A stretch of 64,000 nucleotides of DNA, taken from a virus. Below are positions 17,810 to 28,209 of the stretch, piece by piece. A program made the position numbers and the translations under genes. Within the stretch, counting starts at the first letter, position 1, and every line of letters starts with the position of its first letter. The notes under the pieces were generated by a model. The model was not told the DNA's origin. It saw only the letters and a program-made list of their open reading frames with translations, and searched no databases. Location: the IMG/VR virus record IMGVR_UViG_3300045988_163359. One strand, written 5' to 3'.

Positions 17810-20800
17810 TTGGAATTAGTTACTGAAATATATATTCTAAATAGAAATAAAAAAATAATAGACGTGCTATCTAATAACGGGGCTAATCCAAATAGTCCTT
17901 TTTTTGATGATATTTATAAAATTTATTTAAATACAGGAGCAGAAAGTTTTGAATTTTCTACAGTGACAAATAGCAGAACTTCGAGTTTACAAAAGGGCTG
18001 TTTTATTGCTTTTAAATATAAAAATAAAACAAAATTATTTCAAACAATAAATACATCAAGCGAACATTCTGATGGCCTAATCAAGAAAACCTGTTATTGC
18101 GAAACCATTGGACTTGAACTTTTAAATAAAGTTGTTAGAAAAAGTATTTTACAAGGTGATGTAACTACATTTTTTAATTTGATTTTACAAGATTCAAGTT
18201 TTGAACTTGGATATGTAGATCCTCAAATCAATGAATTTAGAAGTATTAATATTGAAAAGCCAACACCTATTTATACTGTAATACAAGATAATCTTGAAAA
18301 TTACAATATAGAAATAGAGTTTACGGTGGAAATAAAAAACAATAAAGTCTATAAACAATATATAAATGTCTATAGACAAAGAGGAAAAGTTACACATGAA
18401 AGATTTGAGTATTCAGAAAACGTAGATAACGTTAAGAAAAAAGAAGATTTATCTGAATTTTGTAGTGCTTTAATTGGATATGGCCAAAACGGAATTGATT
18501 TTAGAAATGTTGAATGGTTAACAGCTAACGGAAATCCAGCTGATAAACCTCTTAATCAAGATTTTATTTCAGATGAAGAAGCTCATATGTATTTTCACAA
18601 CGATGATGGAAGTTACATAATGGGCGTTTATGAATGTGATGCTAGCAACCAAGCAGACCTTCTAAATGAAACATGGAAAGAGTTACAACGAAGAAAAGAA
18701 CCTCAACTTGACTATGAAACAAATATAATTTATTTTTCTGATGACATTGATATAGGTGATACAGTTTATGTTATAGATAATGATTATGTAAAACCATTAC
18801 ATTTACAAGCTAGGGTAACAGAATTAGAAATATCATTTACCGATTGGGCAAAAAAAAGTAAATGTACATTAGCAAATTATAAAGAAGTAAAAAGTAAAAT
18901 AAAAAATCTTACAAAAAGTGATGATTTAATAAAAGAAATAATTGAATTTCTTGGCGGTATAGGTGTAGGGGACTTAACCGACGAGGATATTGCAAAAATA
19001 AGAGAATATCTTGAAAAAATGGGAGTAGAAAAAGAAGAAATTGATAAAATATTTGATGAAATTAGCAATATTATTAATCCTAAACCAACTCCGCCTGATG
19101 AAGGTGATGATGGCGACCCTATTTATATAACTGATTATAAAAATGGTGTATGGCTTGGTGATGATAGATTTTATCAAATAAAAAAATCTAATACAGTTTC
19201 AACTACAGACCCAGCTAATGACGAATATGCAGAAGCATTAGCACTATATGAAAAATATGACATAAGCAAATACCAAAATAAAGCAAATCTTAATAATTTA
19301 TCATCTACAGGAAATAAATATAAGTTATATCTTATAGTTGAATATTATGCTAGAAAATTTGGATTAGACCCCAACTTAGTATATGCAGTTATAATGGGAG
19401 AATCTAGGGGTGACCCTTACAGTACTACTGGTAGTAATGGTGGCTACGGCCTTATGCAATGTGAAAGAAGTACGTACTTCAAAGAGTGGGGGAATAAAGC
19501 TCAAACCATAAAATATATAGATGGCACAACTAAAACATTCCTTCCATCTTATTCCAACATGACTCCATACAAAGGAGGGAATGCTACTTTAAGTGGAATT
19601 ACAGTCGATAGAAATATCTTAAATCAAATAAGATTCGGCTGTTGGGAATTGAGACAATGCATAGATTATGCACACGGAAACATATTTGCTGGATTAGTAG
19701 CTAATAACATGGGACAAGGTTCACTTAACTGGATAGTATCAAAATATGTGTGCGATAAATACGGATATACATTTGTTGATTCTTACTATTTAAGTTCTCA
19801 ATCGAATCAAACAAAATTGAAAGTTTATGAGGAATTAGATAGCCTAAAATTTGATTTTGCAGCTTACAGACAAACACTTAAAGACCAAAAAGGATTAGGA
19901 ACACCGAACAACGTAGAGCTATATCTATGTTGGTACAAAGTAGTAGATGGTCAATTACCTTACTACAAAGATGCACAAGGAAATAAGCTAGGATATGGAG
20001 TAGGTGTATCTACTCCAAAAGGAACAGGCAAAGCAAGTTCAAGTGATACAAGACAAATAATAGTTGACACTGCAAAAGCTATAGTACAACAACACACCGA
20101 CAAATTGGCTACGTATGACCAATCATACAGAACATGGAACTTCAAGAAACCAAATAAACGTAGTGGGACATTCTATGGCATTAAGAATCCGATTTGCTAT
20201 GACTGCAGTTCTATGGTTACTTGTTGCTATGGTGAAGCTGGACTAAAAAGTATATTTCATAGTGATTCATATTGTGCATATGGTACATTGGTTAAATATG
20301 CAACGGCTAAAGATGGGTATAAAATGTTTAAAATCACTAAAACATCTATAGAAAATATGAAAGCTGGAGATATTATAATGATGTGCAATAATGAATGTCC
20401 TACAACATTAACTAGAGCGAAAGCTATGGCAAAGAACTTTACACATCATACGTTAATTTACTGCGGTAAAGAAAACGGAACACATATGGTAGCTCATGCT
20501 AGAAAGTGGGATTATTGGCCAAAGGCTATAAGGTATATGCCAGTATACAATGATATCTATAAATATGGATTCTGTTTACGACCTTATGACCTTGTCGAAG
20601 CTGATAACAATAATGTGGAGGACACTCCTATTATCGACAAGACAGATATGAATGAAGTGTATATAAAAGCTGTTAGAAAAGCAAATGCATATGATTTTTA
20701 TGATGACAACAATAATTTGTCAAATAAAGTAGAGGGGCTATTTGAAGATGATGATAAAGTTTATCCAAGTTCATCACCTTATGCACTTGTTCATTTTGGA

Positions 20801-22144
20801 TTGAATGATCTAACAGAAAAAGGTATAACAGGAATTAAAACTCTTACAAATATCTTAAAAACAAAATATAGAAATACACCGATTTTCATATTAAAGGAAT
20901 TACATGTTGGAACTGCTTATGCAGATTATACAACTGTAAATACTTCTATAGATGCATTTAACACTGAAATTAAAACATTCTGTGACAATGAAGAAAATGT
21001 ATTTTTATTAGATATTTCTAGTAAATTAGAAACTTATACAAGTGTATTAAACTCAAATTACACCAATGACGGTTATTCTTTTAAGGATGATACTAGCATC
21101 GGTGTTTTTTATGATGCAATAAAAGAAAAATTACTAGCTACCCCTATCGGCTATAAAAAGAAAGATGATAGTGGTAGCACTGGCGGTGGGAACGATGACG
21201 ATAGCAATGCATCGAAACGTGAAGGTAAAGTTATAGATATCGTATTAGAAAGCACAAAAACTTACACTTGGCCTAAAATGACAATAAAATCACTTACATT
21301 TAAACTGCAAAGTGATGTAGATAAAAGTTTTTACGCTAGAATGATATTTACTACTGCAGATGAAATAAGTTACTCACAAAGTAAAATTTGCTATCTTGAG
21401 GGCGTAGATTGTATTGCTGGGCAACTAGTACCAAAACCTAACACTGGATATAAAATCACAATAATGGCCAATGTAAATAGTTCAATAGATTATAAATATT
21501 ACGGCTCTGTGTCAGTAGACAAGGGCGAAGGATATGCAGACCCTTATACTTTTAAAGGTGGAGAAAAGGTAGCAGAAATAGCAAAAACATACCTTAATCA
21601 AACGGGACTTGAATACAGGGGACAATATTCTACAACAGCAGTAAAAACACCCGCATCATATTCGAATCCAGCTAAATATCTAGATAAATGGTACGATTCG
21701 AGCAGAAAAAAGGCACAAATAGACTGTAGTACACTAACAAAATTTGCATATATGGGATTAGATTATGACCATTCCCCTTATGCTAACCACAAGATGACAA
21801 GTCTAAAACGTAATACTGCTTATAGTTGGGCGTTTACATTCCCTCGTACTGCAGCAGAGCAAGCTGAATATTGTGTTAAGAACGGTTGGGTTTTACATGA
21901 TGTAGATATAATAAATTTCAGCAATTTAGAGCCTGGAGACATTGTATTTTGGGATAGAGATAACAAAGAAAACGGTCGTTATATGAATTGCTCACATGCA
22001 GCTATTGTTATTAAAAAAACAGAAGATGGTGGTTCGGTATATACAATAGAATCTACTCAATGTGAAAACGGTGTGAAGACAAGATTGATAACAGAAAACA
22101 AAACAGATAAGATACTATTCTGTGCTAGACCTAAGAAATTATAG
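17810..22144 (+). CDS. tail-associated lysin (Tal): SLT, NlpC/P60 x2 and SGNH-like domains
   Basis: N-terminal prophage-tail endopeptidase-like region. SLT motif VIMGESRGDP..GYGLMQ. Cys/His peptidase motifs CYDCSSMV..HHTLIY and IDCSTLTK..CSHAAIV. HFGLNDL (SGNH block). Confidence 0.75.
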   Translation: MELVTEIYILNRNKKIIDVLSNNGANPNSPFFDDIYKIYLNTGAESFEFSTVTNSRTSSLQKGCFIAFKYKNKTKLFQTINTSSEHSDGLIKKTCYCETIGLELLNKVVRKSILQGDVTTFFNLILQDSSFELGYVDPQINEFRSINIEKPTPIYTVIQDNLENYNIEIEFTVEIKNNKVYKQYINVYRQRGKVTHERFEYSENVDNVKKKEDLSEFCSALIGYGQNGIDFRNVEWLTANGNPADKPLNQDFISDEEAHMYFHNDDGSYIMGVYECDASNQADLLNETWKELQRRKEPQLDYETNIIYFSDDIDIGDTVYVIDNDYVKPLHLQARVTELEISFTDWAKKSKCTLANYKEVKSKIKNLTKSDDLIKEIIEFLGGIGVGDLTDEDIAKIREYLEKMGVEKEEIDKIFDEISNIINPKPTPPDEGDDGDPIYITDYKNGVWLGDDRFYQIKKSNTVSTTDPANDEYAEALALYEKYDISKYQNKANLNNLSSTGNKYKLYLIVEYYARKFGLDPNLVYAVIMGESRGDPYSTTGSNGGYGLMQCERSTYFKEWGNKAQTIKYIDGTTKTFLPSYSNMTPYKGGNATLSGITVDRNILNQIRFGCWELRQCIDYAHGNIFAGLVANNMGQGSLNWIVSKYVCDKYGYTFVDSYYLSSQSNQTKLKVYEELDSLKFDFAAYRQTLKDQKGLGTPNNVELYLCWYKVVDGQLPYYKDAQGNKLGYGVGVSTPKGTGKASSSDTRQIIVDTAKAIVQQHTDKLATYDQSYRTWNFKKPNKRSGTFYGIKNPICYDCSSMVTCCYGEAGLKSIFHSDSYCAYGTLVKYATAKDGYKMFKITKTSIENMKAGDIIMMCNNECPTTLTRAKAMAKNFTHHTLIYCGKENGTHMVAHARKWDYWPKAIRYMPVYNDIYKYGFCLRPYDLVEADNNNVEDTPIIDKTDMNEVYIKAVRKANAYDFYDDNNNLSNKVEGLFEDDDKVYPSSSPYALVHFGLNDLTEKGITGIKTLTNILKTKYRNTPIFILKELHVGTAYADYTTVNTSIDAFNTEIKTFCDNEENVFLLDISSKLETYTSVLNSNYTNDGYSFKDDTSIGVFYDAIKEKLLATPIGYKKKDDSGSTGGGNDDDSNASKREGKVIDIVLESTKTYTWPKMTIKSLTFKLQSDVDKSFYARMIFTTADEISYSQSKICYLEGVDCIAGQLVPKPNTGYKITIMANVNSSIDYKYYGSVSVDKGEGYADPYTFKGGEKVAEIAKTYLNQTGLEYRGQYSTTAVKTPASYSNPAKYLDKWYDSSRKKAQIDCSTLTKFAYMGLDYDHSPYANHKMTSLKRNTAYSWAFTFPRTAAEQAEYCVKNGWVLHDVDIINFSNLEPGDIVFWDRDNKENGRYMNCSHAAIVIKKTEDGGSVYTIESTQCENGVKTRLITENKTDKILFCARPKKL

Positions 22145-22155
22145 GAGGGATTATT

Positions 22156-25110
22156 ATGAGCAATATAGAGACTATAACTAGAGAGCATGATAATTTCTCC
22201 TCTAGTTATGATGAACTTGTTTCTTTACTTGAAAGAGTAATAACAAATAGAAAAATAACACAAGATGACAAATATGATTTAGAAAAGGCGCATGCCACTT
22301 ATTCAGAAAATTATAATGAAGTCAAAAGAATACTAGAAAATGAAAGACAGACTAATCTGAAAGAACAAATTAAAGCTGTAAGTGACAGTAAATTAGATGC
22401 AGATATAAAAAGCATAGTAAATATTCTTACGAATAATGGAGAAAAAACGACTTTATATTTAGATGAAGATGGAGTTTTATATATAGATGGGGAAAAAATT
22501 CCAGAAATACGTCAGACAAAACTTATAGTAGATGAACAAAATGGGAAAATTGAATCTTTAGTTGCTGATGGATTTGTAGAAGATGCCGAAGGGAATAAAG
22601 TTAAATTAAAAGTTCTATATTCAACATTATCTCAAACTGTAAATGGAATTGAGACAAATGTTGGTACTATAGAAGGGGTAGCCAATGACGCTAATTCAAA
22701 AGCAGAGGCTGCTATTACAAAAGCATCCCAATTAAAACAAACAGTGGATGGTATTAAGTCCACTGTAACAAGCACTAGTACTGTAGTAGATGGCTCTATA
22801 AAAGAAACTTATAACGAATTCTATTTATCTGACAGTAATACTTCTGCAACTGGAGGTGCTTGGTCTACAACTGCCCCTGCCCCACAATCGGGTAAGTACA
22901 TATGGTTAAGAGATGTGTATGTAACAAATAAAGGAGATAAAACTTATGGCAACCCTGTATGTATTACTGGGGCTAAAGGGGATAAAGGTGAACGAGGACT
23001 TCAAGGTTTACAAGGTGAAAAGGGAGAACAGGGAGTTCCTGGTAAAGACGGAGATGGGAGAACATCTTATTTCCATATAAAATATTCTAGTGTATCTAAC
23101 CCTACTTCATCTGACCAAATGTCAGAAACACCTAATATTTATATAGGAACTTACGTGGACTTTGACCCTTCAGATAGCACCGATCCTAATAAATATACTT
23201 GGTATAGATTCCAAGGTTTACAAGGTGAAAAGGGAGAACGAGGAATACCTGGAGTTGGGACAGATGGAAAAACAAGCTATCTACACATTAAATATTCTAA
23301 TGACGGTGGCCAAACTTTTACATCCTATAACGGTGAAACTGTAGGTACTTATATCGGAACTTATACAGATTTTAATCCAAGTGATTCACATGATGTAGGT
23401 AGTTATACTTGGGCTAAAATTAAGGGTGACCAAGGTAGTGAAGGTATTGGTGTAAAACAAGTGCAGATATTATACTATGTACACTATAGTAAAACATCAG
23501 CTCCAAGTACTTCATCTACAGGATGGACAACATATATTCCAGCTTATCAGACAGATAAATATTTATGGCAAGTTAATAAAATTACTTATACAGATAATTC
23601 GATAGCTTTTACTACTCCTGTATATCTAAGTAGTTGGGAGGCTAATAATAAAGCAGAAACTGCAATATCTATAGCTAACCAAACAAGTGAAAAATTTGAA
23701 TGGATAGTGCAAAAAGGCTCTACAAGTTCAAGCATAACTTTGACTGATAGCTTAATACAAGCAATAGCATCTTCTAACATTCAATTGTCAGCTAAGAAAA
23801 TATTAATCAACGGATTAATGGAAGGTTCTGGTTGGAAAATTACTGATGAAGGTGAATTAGATATTTTGGATCTAAATGTAAGAGGTAATTTTACATGTGA
23901 TTCTTTAAATGTAGATACTTTGATATCAGCAGATATTCCACCTGCGCTTTCTGAAAATAAAACTATCTATGTATCAAGTGGAGAAACAATTTCACAATAT
24001 TTAGATGATTTACCGTTGAATCTTAATGGTTTTACAGTAGAAATCTATCTAACTTCAAATACAACAGAAAATCTTGAGTTGAGAAGACATGCAAATGGAC
24101 TAGTCAATATATTTCTATGTGGTAACACAATAAAAGGAACTATACGAAGTATATATAATAATGCCAAATACAGTATTTATGGGGGTAATAGTACCACAGA
24201 CACTACGATGGGTTCTATAATGCCTTATACTAGTTATAATGTGGGAAGTTATTATTATACTACTATATTTTCTGATTGCCCTAACGTAAATCTATATAAC
24301 TTAAAAGTTTATGGCGACAGTGTAAATTCCAATTCTGTAGGAGTTGGAGCAACTCAAAAATCAAAAGTGTATATGGAAAATATATCATTTGTAGGTTGTA
24401 AATATAATTGTAGAACTTATTCGATGACTGAATTGTATTGTCAATCATCTTCTGGTCTTTCGACTGGAAATTCGTGGAATGCTGGTACAGGAGCAAAAAT
24501 TGTGTTATATCCAGGACAACAAGCAGGTGGAGGAAATAATACATTTACAAGTGGTAATGGACAAATAATTTCTACTGGAGTTACTTTTGCATCTTCAAAA
24601 GATAGCGGTTCAAATACAACTACTGTCAACCCAACAACAACTAGATTTGAAACATTTAAACCAAAATATGCAGACACTTATAGAAGTTCAAAATACAATA
24701 ACTGGGAAGGTAGAGGAAAATGTAGACAAGGTGATTGGGGTTATGGCGATTGTAATGGTTATTGGTTCTATGGTTCACAATTTGCTGAAGTGAAAGGCAA
24801 GAATATAACAAAAGTTGAAATAGATGTGACTAGAAGTAGCGATATAGGTTATTCTGCATCAACTTCTCATGTGTTTCAAGCACATACATATTCTGGAAGA
24901 CCTAGTTCAACACCTAGTTTTTATGCTAGTTGTAATAAAACACTATCACTAGCATGGGGCAAAAAAGGAACAGTTACAATTACAGATTCGACTGTTTTAA
25001 ATGGAATTAAAAGCGGAACGATAAAAGGCTTTGGTATTCAATCAACATACGATAAAAGTCATTACTCAGCACTAAGTAACGGAACAGTAAGAATTTACTA
25101 TACAGAATAG
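22156..25110 (+). CDS. tail fibre protein with collagen-like Gly-X-Y repeats
   Basis: GAKGDKGERGLQGLQGEKGEQGVPGKDGDG and GLQGEKGERGIPG. Repeated TSY(F/L)HIKYS...YIGTY(V/T)DF(D/N)PSDS modules. Confidence 0.75.
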   Translation: MSNIETITREHDNFSSSYDELVSLLERVITNRKITQDDKYDLEKAHATYSENYNEVKRILENERQTNLKEQIKAVSDSKLDADIKSIVNILTNNGEKTTLYLDEDGVLYIDGEKIPEIRQTKLIVDEQNGKIESLVADGFVEDAEGNKVKLKVLYSTLSQTVNGIETNVGTIEGVANDANSKAEAAITKASQLKQTVDGIKSTVTSTSTVVDGSIKETYNEFYLSDSNTSATGGAWSTTAPAPQSGKYIWLRDVYVTNKGDKTYGNPVCITGAKGDKGERGLQGLQGEKGEQGVPGKDGDGRTSYFHIKYSSVSNPTSSDQMSETPNIYIGTYVDFDPSDSTDPNKYTWYRFQGLQGEKGERGIPGVGTDGKTSYLHIKYSNDGGQTFTSYNGETVGTYIGTYTDFNPSDSHDVGSYTWAKIKGDQGSEGIGVKQVQILYYVHYSKTSAPSTSSTGWTTYIPAYQTDKYLWQVNKITYTDNSIAFTTPVYLSSWEANNKAETAISIANQTSEKFEWIVQKGSTSSSITLTDSLIQAIASSNIQLSAKKILINGLMEGSGWKITDEGELDILDLNVRGNFTCDSLNVDTLISADIPPALSENKTIYVSSGETISQYLDDLPLNLNGFTVEIYLTSNTTENLELRRHANGLVNIFLCGNTIKGTIRSIYNNAKYSIYGGNSTTDTTMGSIMPYTSYNVGSYYYTTIFSDCPNVNLYNLKVYGDSVNSNSVGVGATQKSKVYMENISFVGCKYNCRTYSMTELYCQSSSGLSTGNSWNAGTGAKIVLYPGQQAGGGNNTFTSGNGQIISTGVTFASSKDSGSNTTTVNPTTTRFETFKPKYADTYRSSKYNNWEGRGKCRQGDWGYGDCNGYWFYGSQFAEVKGKNITKVEIDVTRSSDIGYSASTSHVFQAHTYSGRPSSTPSFYASCNKTLSLAWGKKGTVTITDSTVLNGIKSGTIKGFGIQSTYDKSHYSALSNGTVRIYYTE

Positions 25111-25127
25111 GAAGGGGATGTGTTAAT

Positions 25128-26798
25128 TTGATTAAATACAACTACGAAGTATCTGTAAATGAAAATAGAGCAAAATTAAATAAAGACATTTTTTTATTTA
25201 GAGGTAATAGAAATATACATTATTATTTTTCAATAAAAGGTGCACGTTTTGCCTTTGAAAAAGAAGGAGATTTAATAGAAAATGCAAATGCGATTTATGC
25301 AGCAGTTACAGTAATAAAACCAAATGGGGTTGAAGTTGCAAATGCTATAGCTCCAGTTGAAAATGGTTTAATTCATTTAAAAGTTACAGAAGATCTAATA
25401 GATGAAGAAGTTGAGATAGGGGATTTTGATTTAGTATTTGACTTGTTTGATGACAGTGATGGTGCTGTGACAATTCCTAAGATAAAAGGTCAATTTCATG
25501 TTCAAGAAAGACCTTGTACAACTTCAATTGGAACATTATCAGGAAATGTAAATGTTGTTAATCAGGCGGTGGTAGATTTGGCAATAGCAACACAAGAAAA
25601 CGAACAATTAATCGTAGTAGATGATGATGGGAAATATGTTAAAACTACATGGGCAAAAGGAAATAAAATCAGTGTCGAAAGATTAAACAAAATGGAAGAA
25701 GGTATATACAACAATAGTTCTCAACTTAAAGATATTGAAGGTAAACAAATAATATTAGAAAAAGATGACACTTCTATGAATGGTATAGATGATACTACTC
25801 ATGATACCTTAACTACTACAGATAAAACTATTATAGGTGGGATTAATGAAGTTAATTCGCAATGTAAAGATATTGCGAAGAAAATAGAGCAAGGTGGGAC
25901 AGGTGGAGGAACTGCTACTATTCCAGATAATATTGTTTTATTTCAAGATGATAATTCTACTGAAACGACAGAAGACTATATACCATTATTATCGAGTAAT
26001 GGAACTGAATATAGGCTAACTATAAATGATAGTGGAATACCTGTTGTAAAAGATTCAAGCAATAAGGTGATATTTACTTGTGGCACTGGGGGTTCATCAA
26101 GTGGTGGAGGAACTGATATTCCAGGAACTCCTGAAGGAGAAATAGGAAAAATCACAAGTGGAGTTGCTTGTGATTTTGAATGGACTGTGGGTAAAGCTAT
26201 ATCTGACATAGATGGTTCTGAAACAAACTCTCCAGAATGGGTGGTGTCAAAATATTTACCTCTTACTAATATAAATTATTTAAAATGTAAAAATAGTACT
26301 GGTGGTCAACAAAAATTTAATGCTTTTTATGATTCTGATAAGACTTTTATATCTTCTTCTAGTATTGAAGCAAATACATCTTACAAGGATATTCCTGAAA
26401 ATGCTTATTATGTAAGAATTTCTTTATCCACAGTTAATAAAGATAAACTTACAATAATACCTTATACAAATCCGAGTCAATCATGGGTAGCTAATTCAAA
26501 CTATAATTTAAATTTAATATCAAATAAATATGTTAATGGTGATAATTTTACAGATTATGCAAATTGGAGTATGACTGATTATTTGGAATGTTTTGGAGTT
26601 ACTAAATTATCAATAACAGGAAATACAGCGCAAACCATTTACTGTGCATTTTACGACCAAGGAAAAGCAAGATTGAGCAGTTTTACTGTTACAGCCGATG
26701 ACCCTTGTGAAATAGAAGTCCCTAAATACGCTTGTTATTTTGTAATAAGTAATACGACAGATGCAATGAATTCAATTAATGTAACTCCGATAGTTTAG
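25128..26798 (+). CDS. baseplate/receptor-binding protein with BppU-like N-terminal domain
   Basis: TTG start. N-terminus KDIFLFRGNRNIHYYFSIKG resembles BppU_N. Gly-rich linkers. Confidence 0.55.
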   Translation: MIKYNYEVSVNENRAKLNKDIFLFRGNRNIHYYFSIKGARFAFEKEGDLIENANAIYAAVTVIKPNGVEVANAIAPVENGLIHLKVTEDLIDEEVEIGDFDLVFDLFDDSDGAVTIPKIKGQFHVQERPCTTSIGTLSGNVNVVNQAVVDLAIATQENEQLIVVDDDGKYVKTTWAKGNKISVERLNKMEEGIYNNSSQLKDIEGKQIILEKDDTSMNGIDDTTHDTLTTTDKTIIGGINEVNSQCKDIAKKIEQGGTGGGTATIPDNIVLFQDDNSTETTEDYIPLLSSNGTEYRLTINDSGIPVVKDSSNKVIFTCGTGGSSSGGGTDIPGTPEGEIGKITSGVACDFEWTVGKAISDIDGSETNSPEWVVSKYLPLTNINYLKCKNSTGGQQKFNAFYDSDKTFISSSSIEANTSYKDIPENAYYVRISLSTVNKDKLTIIPYTNPSQSWVANSNYNLNLISNKYVNGDNFTDYANWSMTDYLECFGVTKLSITGNTAQTIYCAFYDQGKARLSSFTVTADDPCEIEVPKYACYFVISNTTDAMNSINVTPIV

Positions 26799-26821
26799 AA
26801 GCTTAGAAAGGTGATGATGAT

Positions 26822-28171
26822 ATGACAAATAAAATTTTAATAGATAAAGATGGTAATCCAATAAAAATTAGAGGCATGTATAGTAATCCTACTAAAAAAC
26901 AACTACAAGATGCTGTTTTGAGTTTAGCATCAGATGGCAAAATAAATATAGAAAACGGTGTAATTACAGATGGAATATGGGGAGGATTATCTCCAGTTCA
27001 TAAACAAAATATAGACAATGGGTGCAAACTGCTAGATGAAGAAACTGTAAATAATGATTTTTCAAATATTCCTTTATTTTGTGTTGCTGATACCCATGGC
27101 GCATATGGAATAAATGAAATAGATAAAATACCTTATAGACTTGATAAAGTTGTAAATAATAGATGTCCTAAAGGGACTATGGCTATATTTTTAGGTGATT
27201 TGTGTGATACTGTGTATGCGGAGTATTATTTGAAGGGACAATCTCAAATGATAAATAATATGAAAAAAAGTATAAGTGTAGTTGGAAATCATGACAGAGC
27301 TACTCCAAAAGATACTACAATAAATCATAAAATGATAAATAATTGGTTTATAACAAAGGGATTTAAGAGAGTAGACGATGCATTATATGGATATTGGGAC
27401 GATTATGATTATAATGTAAGATATTTAATTTTAGACCCATATGAAATAATTCCTACGGAGAATGCTTCAGTTGGGCAAGGTGTTAGAATTGGTACAAAGC
27501 AAATGAAATTTTTATTACATAACCTCGAAACGTGTGATATGGATTTAATCATTTTAATGCATCAACCTTGGAATGACCTAAATATACACCGTGATGGAAC
27601 TATTCAAAATTGGGCAGATGCACCTGTAATATTTGAAAATACTTGGAATGTATTAAAAGACAGAAAAAATAAACGCTCCGGAACAATAACAGATAGCGAT
27701 AATATAGTCCATAAGTATGATTTTACTAAATGCGAAAGTGATTTAATATGTTCTTTACATGGGCATACCCATGAAGAATTATACTTACAAGATGAGGGAA
27801 TGCTAGAATATTGCTTCGATTATGGAAATACATATAAATGTTGTTCAGTTGTTAGTATTAATAGAAATGAAAATAAATTAAAGGTAAAATATTTTAATAC
27901 GGAAACGGTAAAAGATACGATAGAATTATCATTAAGTGGTAAAAATTCTATCGTAAATAAATTAACCAATGTAACAAGTAGTAATATGGCAACTAATGGA
28001 GTAGATACAAATTCAAGTTATACTACAACACTGACTGCTACAACTGGTACATTAGAAACGATAACAGTAAAAATGAATGGAACAGATATATCAAGTACAG
28101 CAGTAAGTGGAAATACTATAACAATAAATAATGTAGTGGGTAGAGTAGAAATCACAGCAAGTGCAAGTTAA
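26822..28171 (+). CDS. calcineurin-like metallophosphoesterase fused to a C-terminal Ig-like region
   Basis: Motifs CVADTHG, GDLCD, VVGNHD, MHQP, HGHTHEE in canonical order. Confidence 0.7.
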   Translation: MTNKILIDKDGNPIKIRGMYSNPTKKQLQDAVLSLASDGKINIENGVITDGIWGGLSPVHKQNIDNGCKLLDEETVNNDFSNIPLFCVADTHGAYGINEIDKIPYRLDKVVNNRCPKGTMAIFLGDLCDTVYAEYYLKGQSQMINNMKKSISVVGNHDRATPKDTTINHKMINNWFITKGFKRVDDALYGYWDDYDYNVRYLILDPYEIIPTENASVGQGVRIGTKQMKFLLHNLETCDMDLIILMHQPWNDLNIHRDGTIQNWADAPVIFENTWNVLKDRKNKRSGTITDSDNIVHKYDFTKCESDLICSLHGHTHEELYLQDEGMLEYCFDYGNTYKCCSVVSINRNENKLKVKYFNTETVKDTIELSLSGKNSIVNKLTNVTSSNMATNGVDTNSSYTTTLTATTGTLETITVKMNGTDISSTAVSGNTITINNVVGRVEITASAS

Positions 28172-28209
28172 TTCGTAATTTAAAAAAAAATAATAAAGGA
28201 GATGATTTA

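Noticed and set aside
22960-23270. Nucleotide repeats in the fibre gene considered as a possible repeat array
   Set aside because: They are in-frame collagen-like Gly-X-Y and module duplications within one long ORF, not spaced non-coding repeats.
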